From NCBI GenBank assembly GCA_013239625.1, contig MU056000.1, forward strand, positions 9,556,232 to 9,620,231: a stretch of 64,000 bases of DNA. Direction: 5' to 3'. The translations under genes and the position numbers were made by a program. Below, piece by piece: positions 53,017 to 64,000 of the stretch (positions are counted from its first letter, which is position 1; each line of letters begins with the position of its first letter). Under the pieces are notes generated by a model. It was not told where the DNA came from. It did not search any database and worked only from the letters and a program-made list of their open reading frames with translations. This stretch comes from Lama guanicoe (Eukaryota).

Positions 53017-54142
53017 CCTGAGATATACCAGCAAATTTCCTCCCTTTTCTGCTTCTGAATTTGTTGATTTTATCTGATGCTAGAATTTGGGTACTTATCT
53101 CAGGGGTAGACAGCCTAAAAGAACAAGCCAATGTGACAGGTTGGAAAGTTAGAAAGAACCCGGACCCTGAAACTGGTGAATTACTGAGCTAACCAGGCCT
53201 GGAACACTCACCTTCTGACCTTGTTATTTCGCATGGTTGATTAGCTTTAAGCCAGTGGTTCAATTTCTTATTACTTGGAGTCTAAATCTCTTTAACAGAA
53301 CCATCAAAATTGGAGCACTCTATCATTATAGGGTTTAGATTAAATAAATAAGAAAAATATTATTAATAAAGAATTGCTTATTATATGCCCCATGTATTAT
53401 TTGTGTTCTGGGTCCTACTGCCTTAGACATTTAAACCATCAGTCTTCTATTATGAAAACTGATCAGATTCTAGACAGTGTTTTTGATCTTTTATAAAAGT
53501 TGGAGGGGAAAGAGTAAGACAGAGTAATTATTAAAATGTAAAACTCAATTTAGAAATATGTTTCAAAATATTAGTATTCCAAACTTAAGTTTAAGCATTT
53601 GCATTATTGTCAATAGTGAGCAGGTTAAAATGAGATAACTGATTAAAATTAAGGGCTTGAATAGTTGGCTTGTAAAAGGGTTTTTGTTGTCATTTAATTT
53701 TTCTTTTCTAGGTTAATTCTGTGTTTTATTCATATTTGCGTCATTCAAAGGCTTCAGGCAACCTATTCTGCAGGAGAATATTTAGCACCTCAGTGTCTTC
53801 CTACCCTACCTGCACCTGCAGATGGGACAGGAGAAATCATTCTTTATGTCAAAATGGGGCAGTTCTCTGGGCCTTCAAGTCAAGGTTTGGGCTGCCATCT
53901 AGCTAAGAATTATTCAGGCTGTGAAACTGATGATAGAATGTTTGGCTTTGTACTCTGGTGACATTATTTTGGGAACTCCAACTCCTCCTCTTGGAGAGAC
54001 CCATGTAGTGTCATGAGTGAGATCTGCAGGATCCAAGGACATCTTGGCCACTCCCTCTGGTGAAGTCTTTCCCATCCAAGGAACTCCTTTCCAGAACTAA
54101 CAGCAAACATCTCATCTTTTATGAAGGTTTAAATGGGCTTAC

Positions 54143-54317
54143 CTCATCCTCTCTGCCATGGGCGGAGTGCAGGGACCTGATCAGGACCGCAACCAGCTCC
54201 CTGGCCTCCGTTAAAGCCTGAGGTAGGGCCAGCGCCAGCACCAGGGCCAGCGCCAGGACTGCAGTCAGTGCAGCCGGCTCCTGGGTTTGGGATCTCCCAA
54301 CGATGAGTGCATAGAGT
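54143..54317 (-). other. Candidate exon (GC-rich, splice-site bounded, hydrophobic reading frame)
   Basis: Acceptor ctgactccacacatctccAG, donor GAG|GTAAGC; open frame LYALIVGRSQTQEPAALTAVLALALVLALALPQALTEARELVAVLIRSLHSAHGREDE; no homolog recognised. Confidence 0.3.
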
Positions 54318-57003
54318 CTGGAGATGTGTGGAGTCAGCGCTCTCACCTGAGGTCTAGGAACCCTGCTCCACACTCCTGTCACTTTGTCATTTTGTTTTGA
54401 GCCTACTATGATAAAGCCTGTAACGGCAATTCTAAGGTTCAGATATTTGCAAATCAAAATCCACTGGGAGATCAGTTTATTACTTTAAATTCCATCAGAA
54501 AGGATCAAACCCCACCTATGGGAAAGAACCTACAAAGTTCACCATAAGCCTTCCACTATGAGAGAGACAATGGAAACTTCACCTTGCGTTCTGTCCAGGG
54601 TAATTCAGTTACTGCAATGCTACAAGAACCTCATTACAGAGCAGCAGGAGATTCCCCAGGAGGCCTTGACATACTAATTATTGTCCATCTTTTTAAAGAA
54701 AGAAGCTTAGTCATCTTGTCTAATGTCAAAAATGATGCAAATATACCTGTCTAGAAGCAGAGGGATGGAGTTGATCTCCTGAGATACATTTAAATTAAGT
54801 TCCATCATTTTAAAAAAATAATTTATACTGAAGTTTTCTTCCAGACAAAGCTCTCTTTGGTCTCTGTATATCATTGCTTCTTTATTCTCTATTAAGTTTA
54901 TTTTCATAGAAGTCTCTTTTCATACACAGAAGTACTGTATATAGTTATAAAGTACAATGAAACTGGAAATAAATGAATAGTCATTTGAAACATGAATCAG
55001 TGGTTTTCAAACTGATGCTCTACAGAAGAGCTTAAGAAGTGCCAAAAAAAAATAAAGTATTTTTTACCAACAATGATTATTTGAACTGCCTGAAAAAGCC
55101 TACTCAGTAAGTCTACCATATTCATATATTAGGAGCATGAGTAACATTTTCATTGATTTATTTAAGTCTACTGTTAAAAAAGAAGAAGAGAAAATGCAAT
55201 CACAGCACCAAAACAGTAGACTATTAGTCTATTTGAACACTAAACTTTTTAAAGAGAAACTTTCCTTTTAACTCATTACTTCTCTGGACTCTAGAGACTC
55301 TAAGTTTTTCAGAATGTGCCCTATTTTCAGGTTTTTTTATTTGTGCTCCTTCTCCCAATGATGCAAATGTGAAAAAAGTCTTGATCAGTTCTTTTTCTCT
55401 AGGGAAGAAAACTCCATGGAAAGTATATTATTAAATTTAATTTGTTTCTAAATAAGATGTATTTTTTAACTTTAGAAGCAATAACCATAGAAAATTAGGA
55501 AAAATTGGGAAATAGAAAGGGAAGAAAAACTTCATATTTTCAATACCCAAAGACATACAGCATTAATTCATATTTTCATAAATTCCTTTAAAGTTTTTTC
55601 TCTTTATGTGATCTCACATTTTTCAAAATTTAAAAACTTAGCTCCATTCTCTGGCAATGGTTTTTCACTGTCCTTACCTCTTTCCTCTGACTGTACATAC
55701 CTAATAAATTTTTGTGTTCTTTAATTTTTGACCTTAAACCTCTTCTAGTCTCACTCGCTGCTGAATATAATCAATATGCCTGGTTTTGTCCCATCTATAA
55801 GCTGATAAATCCCAAATAAAAGTCTTCTATTTATACAAATTTCTGACGATGTATAGATGTCTTTAAACTTAAATATCTAATTCTGCACTTTCTTCTCTGC
55901 TTTATTAAGATTATTTTGGCTTTGAGCAAGAGAAAACCAGTCAAAATTGTGTAAATAAAAATAACTTATTGATTGCAGGATAGGACTGGCTGGATACAGA
56001 AGATCCAGCACTGATACCAAGTCTAACTGATCATGCTCCATCTCTGTTCTGCTAGTTTCTTTTCATTTATTTTTTTAAATTTTATCTTCAGATTGATAGT
56101 CGTTTGTGACCACAAGATGACTAGCATCATGTCCCCAGTCTACAAGCTTGCAGGTTCTAATCAAGCAGAAAAAAGTGTGCAGAACTCTGCAGCTTCTGTT
56201 TTCAATCTTTTCCCAGTATCCCCACCAAAGTTCCGAGAGGCACTCAGATTAGGTCACACGCCCAACACTACATCAATCATGTTGGCCAGAAAGATGCATT
56301 GGCTGCTCTGTTTGGCCCTGACTCTCACTCTTTGTAGGCTTCCTAGGGACTCTCAAGGACTGAGAGTTAAGGAAGGAGGTCCAGAACCTCAGATGAAAAT
56401 CAGAGCTTCTACTAGAATAAAGCAACTGGATGCCACGCACTTACAAGTACCATTTGACCCTCCTTTAGTTAATGATGCTAATTCATCCAATTCCAAAACT
56501 CGACATCATACAAGATACCTGTATCTCCCTCCCATTGTAGCCAAATGGTGGACAACTTTATCACTTTCATTTCTGCAATTTTATTCAAAGCCATTCTCTC
56601 CCTGGATTCCCACTACTACTGCTTCACACCTGGCTGTCTCAGATCCTCACAACTGATTCTTCCTGTCACTGCTCTTATATGCACAGCATTGGTTGAACCA
56701 TCACTGATTTATCTGAAATGTGCTACTTCACCACTTTAATGGTTTCCTCCACTTCCCGGACAAGAACAGTGCCTCTGCACCTCTCTTCAGCTGTGGCCTT
56801 ATCTATTCTTGAAGCAAGCTTTTGAATATATTGCTACACTCCCTCTTTCTTATAGACACATTGGCCAATTTTAAATTCCCCAAACACTACATACTCTCTC
56901 ATCCTTCTGTCCATTCCAATTTATGTTTTCTCCCCTGAAATATCTTTCCTTCATACCTCCTCCATTACCACCCTTTCCCACCACCAGTTGAGACAATCTA
57001 ACT

Positions 57004-57510
57004 TCTATCTGGTTCATTTTCTATTGCTCCTGTAAGAAATTACAGCAAACTTAATGGCTTAAAACAACACAAATTTATTATCTTGAAGTTCTGGAGGTCA
57101 GAAGTCCAAAATAGGTCTTATAAGGCTCAAATCAAGGGGTCGGCAGAGCTGCATTCTTTCTGGAGGCTCCAGGAGAGAATTCACTTCTAACCTTTTCCAG
57201 CTTCTGAAGGCTGCCTATATTCCTTGGCTCATGACCTCCTTTCAATTTCAAATTCAGCGATAACATCTCTCTGTCCTCTGATTCCATCATCACATTTCCT
57301 TGTGTGATTGTCCTACCTCACTCTTTCAATTGTAAGGACCTTGAGATAACATTGGACTCACCCATATAATCCAGGATAACCTCCCCACCTCAATAGCCTT
57401 AATTTAAATTTTTTGTACAAAGTCCATTTTGCCATATAACATAACCTATTAACAGGTTCCAGGGATTAAAATGTGGACATTTTTGAGAAATCATTATTTT
57501 ACTTACCACA
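57004..57510 (-). mobile_element. MaLR solo LTR (MLT1D-type)
   Basis: tggcttaaaacaacacaaatttattatctt...ataatccaggataacctcccca...ggttccagggattaaaatgtggacat...taccaca. Confidence 0.9.
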
Positions 57511-59619
57511 TCCACATTTTCGTTAAGAAACCATCTTCAGCATGACCTGCTTTTAGACATTCTTCTGGCCTTATGTCTATTCTGGGTTTCTCATCTTTAT
57601 TTGCTTAATACCCTGTATCCTGCACTTTGGCACTCAATACCCACTCTGTCTCTCATGCAACTTTATGAGTTTCCCATGCAAATCAACTTTGATTTATTCA
57701 TTTCTGAGTGATAATGTGTGTCTGGCTCAGCCTAGGAAATTAATGAATGTATTATAGTTCTATAGTCCTCTAGCCATCAACCTAAAAGCTTGATAGTATT
57801 TGATCACAGAATCCCAAGCTAATCTTAATGTATCCCAGACTGATTCATAATTAAACTATTATACATTTTAATGGAATTTGACTAAAGCTGACATTATTTA
57901 CTAAATTTCAAACCTACCAATTTTATCTCTGAATTTTAGTATTTTATATAATAATGGGTCATTGCTCTTGATCAACTAAAAAAGAGAAATGCTAAATTCT
58001 TAAGTAAAGCTTAAAGTTACTTCTTGGTTTCATCTGTTAAAATGAAGCCCCAAGTGCTTCCTAAGAAGGAAATTCTAGGAAAAACAACTTTAAAAAAAAC
58101 TGTGGAAAGTACACAGTCAATTCATGAAAACATGCATTTGACAAGAGTGTGTTTAAACTTCTATTCTCTGTGTCACATTGACCCAAATGTTCACTTCTCA
58201 GCCAGTCTTGGAGCTCTGTTTTGCCTTATGACAGAGGCACTTTTCAACTCCTGAAGCACACATCCATCTGAAGATACAATAGGAGCCCTGCCAGGATCAA
58301 TGTGAGGCCTATAGCTGAATAACATATCAGCAGAAATCCAATCACCACCCCTGTGCCCTCCTTTTCATTGGAAGCTCTGAAGTAATCTCACCCATAAGGC
58401 AGAATATGATCATAGTTTATAGAAGGACACTTGAAGCTCAATGAGCTGATTGTCAAATAACAGGAGACTTGATCATGATGGTTTTGAGTAAGTAAGAGTT
58501 TGCTGCAGGAGTTCATTAAGGAGGGGATCTGCCAAAAATGTGCAAGAAAGCTGTGCGGATGGTCACCGTGATATTTCAGTGGAAATAGTATGTTTTCTTG
58601 TAGATTGAAAGGCTCTATGTGTCTAACAGTGAGCTAGGTCGGCAGATGTCTGCAGTGCCACGCTATCACCAAACCAGGATACAGAGACCGCAAAACTGGA
58701 AACAGTATGGTTGTGGGTAAGGTATTCATTTTTCCAGTGAATTTGCTTAGAATTACTCATTGCCACAGCAGAAAAATACCTAAAATTCTTACTTCTTGAT
58801 TGTGATTATAGAGCCTTGATGCATGATTACCAGTTATTTTTTATGTTGCCTAATATCTACTTCCACAGAAAACAGTAGATGCAGTAGTCTGGTCCTCATT
58901 TGCACCACTCATCAAATTAGCCAAGTATACATCTGTCTAAGGATGTGAATATGTCTGTGTTTTGTGTGGGTGTAGTGCTCTGAATTCAGATTCTTGGCAA
59001 CAATACATTGTCTTATTTACTGGGATACTAATCCATAAGTGCTGCCTCTTTAAACCTTCTACTTTGTTTCAATAAAATAGTATATGCTAAAAAAGAAAAG
59101 ATTTTCCTGAATAAGTTATCATTATCAAATTACCTAACACATACAGATAGCAGTCAATTAGAATGAAACATAATTGCAGGTAAAACTAGCCCTTGTAAAT
59201 TTGTTTCTTTAAGCTCTTTGGATGCTAACTGCCTACCAACAATAGGACCTTCTTATCTCACTTTGGAAACATTTTGTTTTACTGGAGAAGACAACTGAGT
59301 TCCTGTTCATACAAGTCACCTGCCAAAGACACACATTCCTTTGATAACTATGTAAGTTTAAAAAGCTAAAGCTCTAAACTGTTCTTAGAAACAATGAACA
59401 ATACATGTATGCAAATTTTAAAATGATTTTCTCTCTCAATGAGTTGCTTTTCCTAGAATAAACTTTGTTTACCCTAAAAAATAATAAAAAATAGATTTAA
59501 AAAGACACAAATCAGATTGAGATTTTTACTCATGACTGTCATTGTAGGAGACTGTAAATGAGGAAGAATTTTATATTTTGTCTTTTTTTATTTTGTTTTA
59601 TTTCCCAGAGATGGAGGCT

Positions 59620-60200
59620 CATTTGGTGTTAGTTTCCTACAAAGCTAAACTAGTCTTACCATATGATCCAGCAATTACACTCTTAGTTACAGTATTTACT
59701 TAAATGAGTAGAAAACAAAAATCTAAACATGAATGTTTATAGCAGTTTTATTCATAATCATCAAAAACTGGAATCAAACAAAATGTCCTTTAATGGGTGA
59801 ATAGACAAACTCTGGTACATCCATATAATGGAGTATTATTCAGTTCGATGAAATATTATTCAGTTATAAAAACAAATGATCTGTGAAGATATGAACAGAT
59901 ATGGGTGAATATTAAATGCATTTTGCTATGTGAAATAATTCAGTCTGAAAGGTCTATGATTCCAATCACGTGATGTTCTGCAAAAGGCAAAGTTATAGAG
60001 ATGGTAAAAGATCAGTGGTTTCCAGGGATTTGAGGGGAGGATGGAAGAACTGAATAAGTGAAGCACAGGAGATTTTTTTTAGGTGGTGAAAAGAGCTTAC
60101 ATAATCCTGTAATGTATCTACGGCTTTATGTATTTGTCAAAACGCATAGACTTCAACAGCACTGAGCAGTGAACTTTAAGGATATGCAAATTTTAAAACG
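59620..60200 (+). mobile_element. Ancient LINE-1 ORF2 end/3'UTR (L1MC/L1MD-type)
   Basis: taccatatgatccagcaattacactc...aatgtttatagcagttttattcataat...tggtacatccatataatggagtattattcag...aaaggcaaa. Confidence 0.85.
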
Positions 60201-60290
60201 TCATTGATGAATATTGTAGTATCAGCATTAAAACTGAGTGTTGACACAGGGCATGTGAAGGAGGAAACAGTATTTATTGTAGAAGCTGTG

Positions 60291-60808
60291 TGTGGTAGGC
60301 AGCCTCCAACATGGCCCACATGATCCCCACCTCTTGATATTCACGCTTTGTGCAATTGCTTTATTTTGCTTGTTGGCGGGACATAATGACCCACTTCTAA
60401 TGAGTAAAATACTACAAATGTGATGAGATAGGTCTTCCAAGTTTAGGGTACAAGAACACTGTGGCTTCCATCTTGCTCACTCCTTCAATCACTCTGAGAA
60501 AAGCCAGCTAACACATTGTGAGCTGTCCTATGGGAGGACCCCATGACAAGGAACTGATGGCTCCAGACAACATCAAGCAAAGGCCTGATTCACAGGAGGG
60601 AACTTGGAAGTGGATCCTCACCCAGCCCAGCCGTGAGGTGACTGCAGCTCCAGTTGGCACTTTATGCAGTCATGTGAGAGACCCATAGCACTGAGGTGAG
60701 CTGCAGCTGGATTTCTGACTCATAGAAAAGGTGAGATAATAAATGTGTATTATTTTAAGCTGCTAAATTTTAAGCCAATTGATTATATAGCAGTAGATAA
60801 CTAATATA
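60291..60808 (+). mobile_element. MaLR solo LTR (MLT1F-type)
   Basis: tgtggtaggcagcctccaacatggcccacatgatccccacctcttgatattcacgc...gtgagataataaatg...gtagataactaata. Confidence 0.9.
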
Positions 60809-62652
60809 TAATGTCAGGTGTTTTAGATACATTTCTTCTCATTTAATCCTCATAATAAACTTATGGAATACACATTATAGTCAATTTTCCTGATAAGGAA
60901 ATGAAGTCTCATGAGATTATATAATCTGTCCAAAAATTCATGGTTAGTGAGTAGCAGGAGTCGCATTCAGATCTTTGCTTCTTTAGTAAAATATGAACTA
61001 AGTGAACACTGAGGAGAAAGGAGAGTGCTCAGGAACCACCATGCAAAGGCTGTTCTATTTCAGTAGATACTGGGAAAACGTAGGCGATGACAGCCAGTTC
61101 ACCACACACATAGGACTCATCATCATAAAAGTAACTTCTTTTTTCTTTCTTAAGGGATCTCTCTCCATCTCTCTAGAGCTGCTCAACTAGTCTGTCCTTC
61201 TCTAGAAAGAAGACTCTGCTGAATCTTATAACATTTTTATTCACTCTTAATAGAAATGACTGCGTTGTCCCAGACACAATCTTAATTCAGTGATTAAAAT
61301 CTTCAGACTAATACATTGATCAACCCTTCAACCTTCATTCAGATGTAATATCCCACCCTCCTCTCTAGATGCAGAAGGGGCTGTCTGGTCCCTGGGGCTA
61401 GCATGTGACTGACATGTCTCTCTACCCTGTGGACCTCTGCCCCCACATACTAGCTCATAGTTCTGATCCTGTAGGGTTGGAGAGGGTGGGGGTATAAAAA
61501 AAGTCTTGATGACTGGAAGAATACATCCTTGTCTAGTACTGTCATGAGATGGTTCAAGTATTTCTGGACCTAACAGCTACTTAAAAATGACTCTTCTCAG
61601 AGCACTTTCTCCAGAGTCTCCTGTGGGCCCCTCTGCCTGTAGCATCTTTGACAGGAGCTGGACCTCACTTTCAGCTAGCTTCTCCCCCTCCCCAGTCAGC
61701 CTCTATACTCCACAACATTTCACTTGAGTCCCCACTCTCATATTTGTTCCCTTGGGCAGAACCCCTTTCAAACCACTCCAGGCTGACACTCCTGCTCAGA
61801 GGGGAAGTGTCATCTATTCTGTAGAAATAAACTTCTTTAGCTTCCTCAGCAGGAGTCAGGCACCATCCTGCTATGTCCTCCAACTGCAGGGAATGTGTAG
61901 CAAGGACTCTTCGTGACCCCATTGAAGTACTGTTCTTTAGTCTTGAAGATCTCCCCATCCCTCCTATCGAAGGAAGGTGGAATTCACAGTTCATCTCTCT
62001 CCAATAATATCCTCAGAATCATCTCGTAACTTCAGTAACTCATCAAAACCTTCCTTATGAGTGAAGAATTTCTGAGTAGTAAAGCTGATTCTCTGATGTT
62101 GCCTTTGAAAATCTGCTTATGGTCTAAAAGCCTTGCTGAAGCCTCAGTTTTAACATCAAGTTACAGCACAAGGAGAGTTTTGTTTTAGGGGGATTCATCT
62201 AGTGTGTGCAGGTGAGACTGAAGTTTGAAGGCACTGAAGGAGAGAGCTTTGAGAAGCCGCTATTAAATTATCTAAGTCTATAGACAAGTGAGGTCTGAAC
62301 TAGGGCAGTTGTAGTGGGAGTAAAATTAGGAAGAATGTCTCAAGAGTCATGGTGGAAGTAGATCAATAGGAACCGAATGAATGTGAATACGAAAAAAAAA
62401 AAAAAGACTTGAGAACTGGAAGAGAGGTTTGGTCAATTATAGAAATCAGAATTCAGAAGGAGTGTGTTTAAAGGGGATAGGAGATAATCCAGCATGAGGC
62501 TCTTTCGGCACTGCTGCAATATTAGGTAGATATGAGCATCAGGAAATTAGAGAATGAGACTCCGAATTCAAACTGAGGTCCAGCATCATCTGCACAAAGG
62601 CCATTGTTGAACCCATAGTAGTCATAAGACTAACATTAGAAAGTATTCAACA

Positions 62653-62786
62653 GGAGGAAGGGTATAGCTCAGTGGTAGAATGCCTGCCTGGCATGCACAA
62701 GGTCCTGGGTTCATCCCCAGTACCTCTATTAGAAATAAATAAGTAAATAAACCTAATTATTCCCATCCCCAAAAAATAATGAGGAA
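62653..62786 (+). mobile_element. tRNA-Ala-derived SINE (camelid Vic-1 type)
   Basis: gggtatagctcagtggtaga (A box)...ggtcctgggttcatccccagtacc (B box), AT-rich tail; exact 15-bp TSD agaaagtattcaaca at 62638-62652 and 62787-62801; TT/AGAA target. Confidence 0.92.
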
Positions 62787-63081
62787 AGAAAGTATTCAAC
62801 AATAGAAAATGACTGAGAAAAAGGGAGAAATAGACCCCTGCAACTGTCAAGAAAACTCAAGAAAGTGGAAATCCATGAAAAGACAGGACTTTAATAAGAT
62901 GTAGTCATTAGAATCAAAAGCTGAAGACAAGTTAAGAAAGGGCTTACTAAATATAGCTTCAGGAAAATATCCATCACCAGAGATTTTTCCATAGAGTGTT
63001 GAAACCAAGCCCAAATTCCAAAGGTTGGAGATTGAATTAACTGTTAAAAAGTGGAGGCAACAAGTATAGAATAATCTTGGG

Positions 63082-64000
63082 TAAAATTGCATCAAAAAAT
63101 AAATAAAATAAAATACTTAGGAATAAATCTGACCAAGGAGGTAAAAAACTTACATGCAGAGAACTACAAAACACTGTTTAAGGAAGTTAGAGATGATTTA
63201 AAGAAATGGAAAGATACCTATGCTCTTGGATTGGAAGAACTAATATTGTTTAAATGTCCATTCTACCCAAAGCAATCTACAGATTTAATATGATCCCTAT
63301 CAAATTACCCAGGAGATTTTTCACAGAACTAGAGCAAATGATCCTGAAATTTATATAGAATCAAAAAAGATCCAGAATGACCAAAGCAATACTTAAGAAA
63401 AAGAACAAGGCTCAAGGCATAACCCTCCCAGACTTCAGACAATACTACAGGGCTACAGTAATGGAAACAGTGTGGTAGTGGCAGAAAAACAGACATGCGG
63501 ATCAGTGGAACAGAACTGAGAACCCAGAAATAAACCCACACACCTACAGTCAATTATTCTTCAACAAATGAGACAAGAATATACAATGGAAAAAAAGACA
63601 GTTTATGCAGCAAATGGTGTTGGGAAAGCAGGACAGCCACATGTTTATCAGTGAAGTTAGAATACAACCTCACATCATATACAAAAATAAACTCCAAAAG
63701 ACTTAAAGACTTAAACATAAGACAAGACACTGTAAAACTCTTAGAGGAAAACATAGGCAAAATATTCTCTGACATAAATCTTAGAATTGTTCTCCCAGGG
63801 CAATCTACCTAGGCAATAGAAATAAAAGCAAAGATAAAATAAATAGCACTTAATTAAACTTATAAGCTTTTGCACAGCAAAGGAGACCATGAGCAAAACA
63901 AAAAGACAATCTACAGAATGGGAGAAAATATTTGCAAGTGATGTGACTGACAAGGGCTTAATTTCCAGAATACATAAACAGCTCATACAACTTAACAACA
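63082..64000 (+). mobile_element. 5'-truncated, disabled LINE-1 ORF2 fragment (runs off the window end)
   Basis: [13 protein letters not shown]...WKD; colinear with ORF2 of the 20.8-24.1 kb copy but with a frameshift near 63220 and an in-frame TAG near 63810. Confidence 0.95.

Noticed and set aside
56033..56656. 207-aa plus-strand ORF
   Set aside because: Overlaps degenerate old MLT1-like and L2-like sequence; no recognisable domain
58604..58716. Plus-strand exon-like segment (tcttgtAG...GG|GTAAGG, frame IERLYVSNSELGRQMS...)
   Set aside because: Isolated and no recognisable product; splice-like pairs are frequent by chance
62658..62727. Functional tRNA-Ala gene
   Set aside because: Mutated anticodon arm and T-loop, SINE tail and TSD, so it is a SINE

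Overview
Eutherian genomic DNA, very likely camelid, inferred from a tRNA-Ala-derived Vic-1-type SINE with a 15-bp TSD. The window is AT-rich and repeat-dense, and I recognise no host protein-coding gene, so it reads as intergenic or deep intronic. The main feature is a young, 5'-truncated LINE-1 on the minus strand (about 20428-24123) with an uninterrupted 1117-codon ORF2. That ORF lacks the N-terminal part of the endonuclease but keeps the RT and CCHC motifs, and its ATG comes from host DNA just outside the target-site duplication. The same copy appears to carry a 17-nt 3' transduction between two A-tails, has YADD instead of FADD, and has two in-frame deletions relative to an older L1 at 63.1-64 kb. 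The rest is fossil elements: about 18-20 MaLR (MLT1) solo LTRs, ERV1 solo LTRs with exact 4-bp TSDs (one nested inside an MLT1), L2/MIR/old L1, hAT MITEs and a Cheshire-type transposase remnant. Other points of interest are a TSD-flanked poly(A)-only micro-insertion at 33.0 kb, a GC-rich candidate exon at 54.1-54.3 kb and several RFX X-box-like motifs. Repeat subfamily names come from recalled consensus sequences, not a database search, and boundaries of old elements are approximate.
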